DNA of 63,974 bases, filler included, from Candidatus Woesearchaeota archaeon (GTDB lineage: Archaea; Nanobdellota; Nanobdellia; Woesearchaeales; BM511): assembly GCA_023266675.1 (NCBI GenBank). It is 7 parts of 7 records of this genome, joined end to end, with 100 filler letters (N's around TTAATTAATTAA, not from the genome) between each part and the next. Parts side by side here need not be neighbours in the genome. Positions count along the whole stretch, not along the records: positions 1 to 10,299 come from JAHFPP010000049.1; positions 10,400 to 20,134 come from JAHFPP010000050.1; 5 more parts are not named here. One strand, given 5' to 3'. A model generated the notes under the pieces. It searched no databases. It saw only the letters and a program-made list of their open reading frames with translations, and was not told where the DNA came from. Within the stretch, counting starts at the first letter, position 1. Each line of letters starts with the position of its first letter. Made by a program: the position numbers and the translations under genes. Below, piece by piece: positions 7,112 to 16,195 of the stretch.

Positions 7112-8910
7112 GCGAGATCTACTTAAACGGAAAATTCATAGGAACATCTGACAATACAAAAAACCTAATCGAACAGTTCAAAGAAGAAAGAAGAAAAGGA
7201 AAAGTAAAGCAGGATGTCAGCATTAACTTCAACGAGAAATCAGACGAAGTACACATTGAAAGCTCAAAAGGAAGAGTAACACGGCCACTTATAGTAATTA
7301 AGGAAGGGAAACCTCTTTTAACAGCAAAACACCTTGAACAGCTTGAGAAAAAAGAGATAACGTACTCAGACTTAATTCTTCAGGGAATAGTCGAATACCT
7401 TGACGCATCAGAAGAAGAAAACATGCTTGTAGCGTTTACAGAAGAAGAGCTTACAGTAAGACACACACACATGGAACTTATGCCATTATCAATGCTTGGA
7501 CTTGCAACTAGTTTAGTTCCATTTGGAAACTACAACGCTTCGACAAGATTAAACGCTGGGTCAAAAAACCAGAAACAGGCAATTGGATTTTACGCAGCAA
7601 ACTACAACGTAAGAATGGACATGGACGTAAACCTACTTCACACACCACAAGTGCCAATCGCAACAACAATCACACATGAAATATCCGACTACGACAAACA
7701 CCCAGCAGGGCAAAACGTAGTAGTAGCAATCATGAGCTACGACGGATACAACATGGAAGACGCAATAATCCTAAACAAGGGATCTGTAGACAGAGGCCTA
7801 GCAAGAAGCACATACTACAGGCCAGAACTTGCAGCAGAACTAAGATACCAGGGAGGACTTATTGACGAAATAGGAATCCCAGACAAAGAAGTTCGAGGAT
7901 ACAGAACAGAACACGATTACAGGATGCTTGAAGAAGACGGAATAATCTGCCAGGAAGCAAGAGTAGCAGAAGGTGACGTAATAATAGGAAAAACTTCGCC
8001 GCCAAGATTCTTATCGTCTTTAGACGAATACAACCTGACACAAAGCCAGCGACGTGAATCATCAACATCAATAAAACACGGCGAGCGAGGAATAATCGAT
8101 TTCATACTAATAACTGAAAACGAAGAAGGAAACAGATTAATCCAGCTAAGACTGCGAGACCAAAGAATACCGGAAATCGGAGATAAATTCACATCACGAC
8201 ACGGACAAAAAGGAGTTGTTGGACTAATAGCACCATTTGAAGACATGCCATTTAGCGCAAACGGAATAGTTCCTGATATATTATTTAACCCTCACGGAAT
8301 CCCGTCCAGAATGACAGTTTCTCACCTGATTGAAATGGTAGGCGGAAAAGTTGGCGCACTAAACGGACGATTCATTGACGGCACAACATTTACATCCGAA
8401 AAAGAAGGAGACTTACGTAAAGAACTTCACAGCCTAGGCTTCTCTGAAAACGGAACAGAAACAATGTACAACGGAAAAACCGGAAACGCGTACCAAGCAA
8501 AGATATTCATCGGAAACATGTACTACCTAAAACTAAAACACATGGTAGCAAACAAGCTTCACTCAAGAGCAAGAGGACCAATCCAGCTATTGACAAGACA
8601 GCCAACAGAAGGACGAGCAAAAGAAGGAGGACTGCGACTTGGAGAGATGGAGAAAGACACGTTTGTTGCACACGGAGCATCAATGCTTCTAAAAGACAGA
8701 TTTGACTCTGACAGAACAATCGTTCCAGTATGCGAAGAATGCGGACTAATAGCAATCCACGACGAATTTAAGAACAGGAACTACTGCCCTGTATGCGGAG
8801 ACACATCAGTGATATCAAACATCGAGATATCATACGCATTCAAATTGATGCTTGACGAACTAAAAACATTAGGTGTATACCCTAAGGTAAACCTAAAGGA
8901 CAAGTACTAG
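7108..8910 (+). CDS. rpoB1: RNA polymerase subunit B' (Rpo2C)
   Basis: GYNMEDA, GDKFTSRHGQKG, RQPTEGRAKEGGLRLGEME, C-terminal Zn ribbon. Confidence 0.97.
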   Translation: MSEIYLNGKFIGTSDNTKNLIEQFKEERRKGKVKQDVSINFNEKSDEVHIESSKGRVTRPLIVIKEGKPLLTAKHLEQLEKKEITYSDLILQGIVEYLDASEEENMLVAFTEEELTVRHTHMELMPLSMLGLATSLVPFGNYNASTRLNAGSKNQKQAIGFYAANYNVRMDMDVNLLHTPQVPIATTITHEISDYDKHPAGQNVVVAIMSYDGYNMEDAIILNKGSVDRGLARSTYYRPELAAELRYQGGLIDEIGIPDKEVRGYRTEHDYRMLEEDGIICQEARVAEGDVIIGKTSPPRFLSSLDEYNLTQSQRRESSTSIKHGERGIIDFILITENEEGNRLIQLRLRDQRIPEIGDKFTSRHGQKGVVGLIAPFEDMPFSANGIVPDILFNPHGIPSRMTVSHLIEMVGGKVGALNGRFIDGTTFTSEKEGDLRKELHSLGFSENGTETMYNGKTGNAYQAKIFIGNMYYLKLKHMVANKLHSRARGPIQLLTRQPTEGRAKEGGLRLGEMEKDTFVAHGASMLLKDRFDSDRTIVPVCEECGLIAIHDEFKNRNYCPVCGDTSVISNIEISYAFKLMLDELKTLGVYPKVNLKDKY

Positions 8911-8921
8911 GAGGCAAAAAA

Positions 8922-10299
8922 ATGGAAGAAAACATCCCAATTTACAAGAAAGTAAAGTCAATATCATTTGGCCTCATATCACCAAAACTGATAAAAAAGA
9001 TGGCATCAGTAAAAATAGTAACACCAGAACTTTATGATAAAGAAGGATACCCAGTTGACGGAGGTCTCATGGACATCCGAATGGGAGTCATTGACCCTGG
9101 TTTAAAATGTAAGACATGCGGTTCAAAACTAAAAGAATGTATTGGACACTTTGGATACATTGAACTAGCTAGACCAGTAATCCACATAAACTTTACAAAA
9201 ATAATTCTTGACACACTAAGAAACACTTGCAGAGAATGCGGCAAAGTTCTTGTAACATCAAAAAAGAAAGGAGAACCAATAATAAACCTTGTTGCTGAAA
9301 CAAGCCTTTCAGATGATGACGAAGTAAAAGAAGATGCATCAGCACCAAAAGTCGCAGCACACGCGCCGACAGAAAGCAAAGCAAAAGCAGCAATGAAATG
9401 CCCGCACTGCAGCGCAAAACAGTACAAGATTCAGATTGAAAAACCAACAACTTATGTTGAAGACGGAAAAAGAATCTCCCCAATCGAGATAAGAACACGA
9501 CTTGAAAGGATACAGGATAAGGAACTTGAAAAACTTGGAATGAACCCTGAAATAGTAAGACCTGAATGGGTTGTATTGACGCTTTTAGCAATCCCTCCAG
9601 TAACAATAAGACCTTCAATCACACTAGAAAGTGGAGAAAGAAGCGAAGACGACTTAACACACAAGCTCGGAGACATCGTAAGAATCAATCAAAGATTATT
9701 TGAAAACATAAACGCAGGAGCGCCAGAAATTATCATCGAAGACTTATGGGACTTATTGCAGTACCATATAACAACATTCTTTGACAACGAAGTTCCTCAG
9801 CTACCGCCAGCAAGACACAGAAGCGGTCAGCCACTAAAAACAATAACTGAAAGAATCAAGTCAAAAGAAGGAAGAATCAGGCACAACCTTGCAGGTAAAA
9901 GAACAAACTTTTGCGCAAGAACAGTAATCTCACCAGACTCAATGCTCGCGCTTGACGAAGTAGGAATACCAAAAGAAGTCGCAATGAAGCTAACAGTTCC
10001 TGAAAAAGCAACAAAATGGAACATGGACTTCCTAAAGGAATTCATAAAAAGAGGACCAAAAGATTACCCAGGTTCAAACTATATGATTAGGCCTGACGGA
10101 CGAAAAAAGAAAATAACTGACGAAACAAAAGAACAGTTAATCGAAGAATTCCAGCCAGGATATGTAGTTGAAAGACACATAATGGATGGGGACATCGCAA
10201 TCTTTAACAGACAGCCATCACTTCACAGAATGAGCATGATGTGCCACAAAGTAAGAGTACTACCAGGACTAACATTTCGACTAAACCCTGCAGTATGCG
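8922..10299 (+). CDS. rpoA1: RNA polymerase subunit A' (Rpo1N), 3'-truncated at contig end
   Basis: CIGHFGYIEL, GKRTNFCARTVISPD, NRQPSLHRMS, ends at LNPAVC before the gap. Confidence 0.97.
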
Positions 10300-10399
10300 N
10301 NNNNNNNNNNNNNNNNNNNNNNNNNNNNNNNNNNNNNNNNNNNTTAATTAATTAANNNNNNNNNNNNNNNNNNNNNNNNNNNNNNNNNNNNNNNNNNNN
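10300..10399. other. Artificial contig linker
   Basis: N-run + TTAATTAATTAA (stops in all six frames) + N-run, 100 nt. Confidence 0.99.
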
Positions 10400-10715
10400 C
10401 TGCAATAGTATAATCTCTGTTTCTTGGAATATAAACTCCAAAAAAAGGAGTGCTAGTCATCGCTCTTTGTTCAAGTGAGTTATCAGTTTCCATTATTATA
10501 AGTGAATTAAATAAAATAACAGATATTTAAGTATTACTATGATTTAGTAGATATGTTATGAGATAAGATTATTCTAATAATATTTAGTTGAAGATTTATA
10601 GTAATCAGGGTTAATGATGTTATTTCAGTTTAATAAATATAATATAGCAATATGTATACTGCAGTAGATAGATTTAAATATATTGTAGATAATACTATAC
10701 TAATAGGGGGAAATT

Positions 10716-10998
10716 ATGGCAAGAAAAGACTTTGATGAGCTGCTCGATTCCCAAAGAATGCTGCAGTCAAGGGTTGTGCGCGACCAGGAAATGGATGAAA
10801 CTATTGATATCCTTGCAATAATCANNNNNNNNNNGCGAAATCGCACCGTACCCTGACCAGAAACTCCAGAAAGAAGCTGTGTTTATTGAGGCTGAAACCA
10901 AAGGTATTGGACACGAGATAACTCAGAAAGTTTTTGAAAAGCTTATCCATGACAGGATAATATTTGAGCCTGAAGAAGGGTTCATACAAAGAAGATGA
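10716..10998 (+). CDS. Small winged-helix-like protein (MCM C-terminal WH-like), spans a 10-N scaffold gap
   Basis: Manual translation MARKDFDELLDSQRMLQSRVVRDQEMDETIDILAII/EIAPYPDQKLQKEAVFIEAETKGIGHEITQKVFEKLIHDRIIFEPEEGFIQRR*; AGGGGG SD-like element upstream; missed by ORF track because of the gap. Confidence 0.7.
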
Positions 10999-11002
10999 TT
11001 TT

Positions 11003-11446
11003 CTAAGTAAACGTTTCAAAAATTAATATTAATAAAAATACAACATAAAACTTAACAATAAACTTGTCTCTAATCTTTGAATAGTTTATAAGAGAATTAA
11101 ATGCTGACTCCAATTCTTTGCTATTTTGTTTTTTTATCAATTCCATATTATATGCCTTATTAAAATAATTGTCTGACTTGGGTTTTGACAGCGCTTCAAA
11201 AAGAATGAATCGTTTAAGTGTTGATTTTACAAATTCATGGTTTTCTTTGTACCATTTAGAAACATCTTTTTTTCTTATAAAAGCAGGAATCTGTCTTTGT
11301 AAATTTGGATATTTTAAGTTCATGAATTTCCAGAGTTTCATAATTTTAACGCTAGTAATTGTGATGAATATCACTATTAAGAAAAATATTATTATGAAAA
11401 GTGAAAATAAGGTTATTCCAATTAATTCTGTTAAGTTGTATATCAT
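11003..11446 (-). CDS. Hypothetical membrane protein
   Basis: N- and C-terminal hydrophobic helices. Confidence 0.6.
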   Translation of the reverse strand: MIYNLTELIGITLFSLFIIIFFLIVIFITITSVKIMKLWKFMNLKYPNLQRQIPAFIRKKDVSKWYKENHEFVKSTLKRFILFEALSKPKSDNYFNKAYNMELIKKQNSKELESAFNSLINYSKIRDKFIVKFYVVFLLILIFETFT

Positions 11447-11538
11447 TAATTAACACCAATCGGATTATTGGCCAGAGTCTATAAATAAGTTTCTATTAGA
11501 ATTAAAAGAAATATAAAGTAAAAAAATATTTAAAAAGA

Positions 11539-12873
11539 TTATCTTTGTGAACCTTCGCCACGTGTTGGGCGCCGTCCAAAGCTTCTTTGGCCTGAAAATC
11601 CGCCACTTCTTGGTCTGTCTCCGCCACTGCTTCCGCCGCCAAATCTTCTAGGTGCTCCTTCCCCTTCCCGTCTTGGTCCTCTGTCGTTTCTTCCTTCACG
11701 GTTTCTGTCGCCAAACCTTTTTTTCTGGAATCCGCCAGAGCCGCCGCTTTCATTTTTGAAAGGAATTTTTTCATAAGATTCAAGCGTTATCTTTTTTATC
11801 TCGTTTCCTCTTACTCTCATTATTCTTCCAAAGTTTTCGTGGTCAAAGTCGCATACTATGGAAATTGAGCTTCCCAATTTTCCTGCTCTTGCTGTTCGTC
11901 CGATTCTGTGAGTGTATGTTTCAGGCGTATCAGGCAAATCATAGTTATATACGTGTGAGATATTCTCGATATGTATTCCCCTTGCTGCAACGTCTGTTGC
12001 AACTAAGATGTTTATTCTTCCTGATTTGAACTCGTCAACTACCCTGTCTCGCTGTCCCTGGCTCATGTCGCCGTTTAGCGCTTTAGCTTTTATTCCCTGC
12101 TTGTACAGGTTTTTGCTTAGGCTGTCTGTCATTCTTTTTGTTTTGCAAAAGACCAGGCATGTTTCTGATGTTTCCTTTTTTAGGAAGTGCAAAAGCACTG
12201 AGAACTTGTCGCTTTGCCTAACATCGCAGTAGTATTGCAGAAGTTTTCCTTTTTCAATTGTTGACGCCACTGAAACCTTTTTTGGATTTACTAAATATTT
12301 TTTTGCTATATCCCTTATTTCTGGCGGGTATGTTGCTGAGAAAAACATTGTCTGCGGTTTTTTTGGCACTGAGCGAAATATTCTTTCAATGTCATTGACA
12401 AATCCCATGTCAAGCATCCTATCAGCTTCGTCAAGAACTATTACTTTTATGTTTGCAAGTTTTAACTCATTTCTCTTTAATAGGTCAAGTATTCTTCCAG
12501 GTGTTCCTACAACTATATCTGTTCTGTGAAGCTCCCTTATCTGAGCACCAATTGACGCTCCGCCGTATACTGGAAGAACATATATTTTTTTTCCTTTTGA
12601 GAATTTATGGAATTCATCAGTAATCTGCCGTGCAAGTTCCCTTGTTGGCGCAAGAACTAATCCCTGGATTCCTTTTCCTCTCTCAAATTTTTCAATCATT
12701 GGTATTGCAAAAGCTATTGTTTTGCCTGAACCTGTCTCTGATTGGGCCTGCACATCGTGGCCTTTGATTGCGTCAATTATGACTTCTTTTTGTATGTTTG
12801 TTGGAGTTACTATTCCGTGTCTTGTTAACTCTAAAAGTGTCTCGCTACTTATATTCATATCTTTAAATTCCAT
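11539..12873 (-). CDS. DEAD-box RNA helicase (CshA/DeaD-like)
   Basis: TGSGKT, PTRELA, TPGR, DEAD, SAT, HRIGRTAR; R/G-rich C-terminal tail. Confidence 0.97.
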   Translation of the reverse strand: MEFKDMNISSETLLELTRHGIVTPTNIQKEVIIDAIKGHDVQAQSETGSGKTIAFAIPMIEKFERGKGIQGLVLAPTRELARQITDEFHKFSKGKKIYVLPVYGGASIGAQIRELHRTDIVVGTPGRILDLLKRNELKLANIKVIVLDEADRMLDMGFVNDIERIFRSVPKKPQTMFFSATYPPEIRDIAKKYLVNPKKVSVASTIEKGKLLQYYCDVRQSDKFSVLLHFLKKETSETCLVFCKTKRMTDSLSKNLYKQGIKAKALNGDMSQGQRDRVVDEFKSGRINILVATDVAARGIHIENISHVYNYDLPDTPETYTHRIGRTARAGKLGSSISIVCDFDHENFGRIMRVRGNEIKKITLESYEKIPFKNESGGSGGFQKKRFGDRNREGRNDRGPRREGEGAPRRFGGGSSGGDRPRSGGFSGQRSFGRRPTRGEGSQR

Positions 12874-13344
12874 TTTAGTTTTCCTCGCTGTTTAGAGAAA
12901 ATATTCAACTAGTGATTCCACAAAAGATCTTTATGTTTTTTATTAAAAAACGATGTCTTTATGGTTTATTTATTTTTTCACATTAGTTCATATCAAAGAA
13001 AAAGTACGCATACTGTGATGCATTCATAATCCCTAAAACGTGAAATAATCTTTTAAATTTTGATTTTCGAGTTAGACAGTCTTATTGACTGCTAGGGGTT
13101 ATTACAACCTTCTTTGAGTTTATTCTCTTATATATATATGGAATTAGCGGTGGTTTATAAATGTTGGGATGATTAAATATATAACCAGAATAAAAATATG
13201 AAAGTAAGTCTTCGTTAATCATAATTTAATAAGAGTTTACTTGATTAATGTTTTAAAATGATAAATTTTATTAATGGATGCATATCCATATATAGTCTAG
13301 ATATAATAAAGTAGTATATTAAAAAAGATATAGCGAGAAGAAAT

Positions 13345-14448
13345 ATGAAAGAAACTGTTCAAAAAATACTTGATGACGCTGATGTAAAAATCAATGGAGA
13401 TAGAGATTGGGATATCCATGTTCATAATCCTGATTTTTATCAGAGAGTTCTTGCCCAAGGCTCGCTAGGCCTTGGCGAATCATACATGGAGGGATGGTGG
13501 GAAGTAAAAAAATTAGATGAATTCATATTCAGACTTATGAAAGTCGAAATTGACAAAAAAATTATTTCTCCGCTTTTTGTTTATCATTTTATCAAAGCAA
13601 AAGTTGTAAATGTACAGACAAAAACAGGGTCAAAGAAGGTTGCAGAGCTTCATTATAACCTTGGAAATGAATTCTACTCTGATATGCTTGACAAAAGAAT
13701 GCAATATACATGCGCTTACTGGAAAGATGCAAAAAATCTTGATGAAGCACAGGAAAAAAAACTTGATATGATATGCAAAAAACTTGAGCTTAAGCCAGGC
13801 GAGAAGGTTCTTGAACTTGGCTGCGGATGGGGTGGTTTTGCAAAATACGCTTCTGAAAAATATGGAGTTGAAGTTACTGCTTACAACATTTCAAAAGAAC
13901 AGGTAAAGTATGCAAGAGATATAACAAAAGGACTTAAGGTAAAAATAATTGAAAGCGATTACAGGGACGCCAAAGGAAGATATGATAAAATAGCCTCAAT
14001 AGGTATGTGTGAGCATGTCGGATACAAGAATTATAGGATATTTATGGAACTAGCAGATAAATGCCTAAAGGATAACGGGTTATTCCTGATTCATACTATA
14101 GGCGCAAACAAATCTAAAACGCATACTGACCCATGGATAGATAAATATATTTTTCCAAACTCAATGCTGCCATCAGCAAGACAGCTAACTGAAGCTTTTG
14201 AGGGAAAATTTGTTCTTGAAGACTGGCATAATTTTGGTCCTGACTATGACAAAACACTTATGAAATGGTTTGAGAATTTTGATAAAAATTGGCACAAGCA
14301 CAAAATGAAATATGATGAAAAGTTTTACAATATGTGGAAGTTTTATATTTTGTCAAGCGCTGCTGCATTTCGGGTGAGAAATATTCATCTTTGGCAGATT
14401 ATTCTTTCAAAAGGACGACGACCAGGAACATATAATTCTATAAGATGA
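13345..14448 (+). CDS. cfa: Cyclopropane/methylene fatty-acyl-phospholipid synthase (Cfa/TmpB-like)
   Basis: LGLGESYMEGWW, HYNLGN, QYTCAYW, LELGCGWGG, GMCEHVG, PWIDKYIFP motifs. Confidence 0.93.
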   Translation: MKETVQKILDDADVKINGDRDWDIHVHNPDFYQRVLAQGSLGLGESYMEGWWEVKKLDEFIFRLMKVEIDKKIISPLFVYHFIKAKVVNVQTKTGSKKVAELHYNLGNEFYSDMLDKRMQYTCAYWKDAKNLDEAQEKKLDMICKKLELKPGEKVLELGCGWGGFAKYASEKYGVEVTAYNISKEQVKYARDITKGLKVKIIESDYRDAKGRYDKIASIGMCEHVGYKNYRIFMELADKCLKDNGLFLIHTIGANKSKTHTDPWIDKYIFPNSMLPSARQLTEAFEGKFVLEDWHNFGPDYDKTLMKWFENFDKNWHKHKMKYDEKFYNMWKFYILSSAAAFRVRNIHLWQIILSKGRRPGTYNSIR

Positions 14449-15806
14449 CACTAACACCAAAACATGCATACTTTGCAAAAAAGAACTCTGTTAGCAAAGA
14501 ACTTAAGAATGTTGAAGGACAGATTTCTATTAAAAAGAAAACGTCTAATCTTTTTGGAAACCGTGTGCTTCACACAAGGGATGGTCTTGACCTGCGCAGT
14601 TTTAATTCAATCATTTTTATTGATGAAAAAAAGTTAACTGCTGAAGTTGAAGGACTTGTTACATACGAAGAGTTAGTGAAAGCCACACTGCAAAAAGGCC
14701 TTGTGCCAACAATAGCTCCGGAATTGAAAAGCATTACTGTCGGCGGCGCATATGCAGGCGTTGGAATAGAATCATCCACATTTCGCTACGGATTTATGCA
14801 TGAGACAGTGCTTGAAACAGACATCATAACAGGAAAAGGCATAATTACTTGCAATGCAAATGAAAACAAGGATTTATTCTTTGCATTTCCAAACAGTTAT
14901 GGCACACTTGGTTATGCCATCAGACTAGTTATTAAACTAATTCCTGCAAAAAAATATGTGAAGATTGAGCGTGAACGATTTGATGATATTGATGAATACA
15001 CATCACGTATGGGAAAACTCACCAAGCAAAATCAACCGAAAGGACCGCTTGATTATATTGATGGGCTTATTTTTGGAGAACATGAAATGTATGTTATCAA
15101 AGGAACTTTCACTGATACGCCAAAATTTGTGAGTTCGTACACTGGAATGGATATATATTACAAATCTGTTCGCACAAAGACAGTTGATTATCTTACAACA
15201 TTTGAATATATTTTCCGCTATGACACGGATTGGTTTTGGAATTCAAAAGCATTTGGACTTGAAAACAAATTCCTGCGTGCTTTAGTTCCAAAAAGCCTTA
15301 TGCGCTCAGATGTTTACTACAAGATTATGCGCTTTGAAAACAAACATAAAATCTTTAATCCAATAAAGCATTTTTTTGGAGCTAAAAAAACAGAGCAGGT
15401 AAGCCAGGATGCGGAAGTTGTAATAGAGAAGGCGCCTGAATTTGTTCGTTTTTTTCTTAAAGAGATATGCGATGATATCCCTTTAGTATATGCTCCAGCA
15501 AAAGCCTATAATCCAAAAGCAAAATTCGCACTTTGGCCAAACTTTGGAGACGAGATTCGTATGAATATAGGGTTTTATGCGCCGATTCCAACAACACACC
15601 CGAGTGGATACTTTAACAGATTATATGATAAAAAAGTTATTTCGCTTAGCGCATTTAAGATGCTTTACTCAGATGTATATATGACATCAAAAGAGTTTTG
15701 TAGCATGTTTGACAAAAAAACATATGATGAAGTGAAGAAGAAGTATGACCCAAAAAAGCAGTTTAGAGATTTATATGAGAAGTGCACAAGCAGACAAATA
15801 AAATAA
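14445..15806 (+). CDS. FAD-binding oxidoreductase of BfaA/TmsA/TmpA (Rv3719-like) type
   Basis: TSNLF, ITVGGAYAGVGIESSTFR, FPNSYGTLGY, YTGMDIYYKS, RYDTDWFW, LYSDVY..KYDP..DLYEK; ATGA overlap with cfa. Confidence 0.85.
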   Translation: MTLTPKHAYFAKKNSVSKELKNVEGQISIKKKTSNLFGNRVLHTRDGLDLRSFNSIIFIDEKKLTAEVEGLVTYEELVKATLQKGLVPTIAPELKSITVGGAYAGVGIESSTFRYGFMHETVLETDIITGKGIITCNANENKDLFFAFPNSYGTLGYAIRLVIKLIPAKKYVKIERERFDDIDEYTSRMGKLTKQNQPKGPLDYIDGLIFGEHEMYVIKGTFTDTPKFVSSYTGMDIYYKSVRTKTVDYLTTFEYIFRYDTDWFWNSKAFGLENKFLRALVPKSLMRSDVYYKIMRFENKHKIFNPIKHFFGAKKTEQVSQDAEVVIEKAPEFVRFFLKEICDDIPLVYAPAKAYNPKAKFALWPNFGDEIRMNIGFYAPIPTTHPSGYFNRLYDKKVISLSAFKMLYSDVYMTSKEFCSMFDKKTYDEVKKKYDPKKQFRDLYEKCTSRQIK

Positions 15807-15819
15807 AAATTCAGATTTC

Positions 15820-16149
15820 TTATTGACTAAAGTTTTCCATTTTTTTAAAGAGAAGATAATTCATCCATGTGAATAGTATTCCTAATACTATTGACAATAT
15901 TATCATCAACTTTTTATCCATCTCTTTTTCAGTTATTTTAGAGTTACATAATTTTGAGATTAACCAAGGACTTAAAACCAGCCAAGTAAAAGCAATCATA
16001 ACTTCAAAAAAGAGTGATAAGAGAAATAATTTTTTCTCAAAATAATAAGCAAAAGAAAAATACGGATTCAAAGAATAAAAGAGAAAATTTAAAAAAATAA
16101 TAATAGCAAACGGAAGGAAGAAATACAAAATGTTATTTTTAATGTTCAT
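15820..16149 (-). CDS. Hypothetical membrane protein (3 TM)
   Basis: Three hydrophobic segments. Confidence 0.6.
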   Translation of the reverse strand: MNIKNNILYFFLPFAIIIFLNFLFYSLNPYFSFAYYFEKKLFLLSLFFEVMIAFTWLVLSPWLISKLCNSKITEKEMDKKLMIILSIVLGILFTWMNYLLFKKMENFSQ

Positions 16150-16195
16150 AGAATCTTAATAATTTTATTTATTCATAAATCTTTTGCAAAAAAAA

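Noticed and set aside
5618..8910. Split RNA polymerase B subunit as a novelty
   Set aside because: The B''/B' split is well known in several archaeal lineages
11502..11783. 93-aa alternative-frame ORF over the DEAD helicase tail, and the many antisense ORFs in the track
   Set aside because: Shadow ORFs of well-supported genes with no motifs or expression signals
13274..13289. ATGGAT-GCAT-ATCCAT palindrome upstream of cfa as an operator
   Set aside because: Single 6-bp-arm instance in AT-rich DNA with no second copy seen; insufficient support
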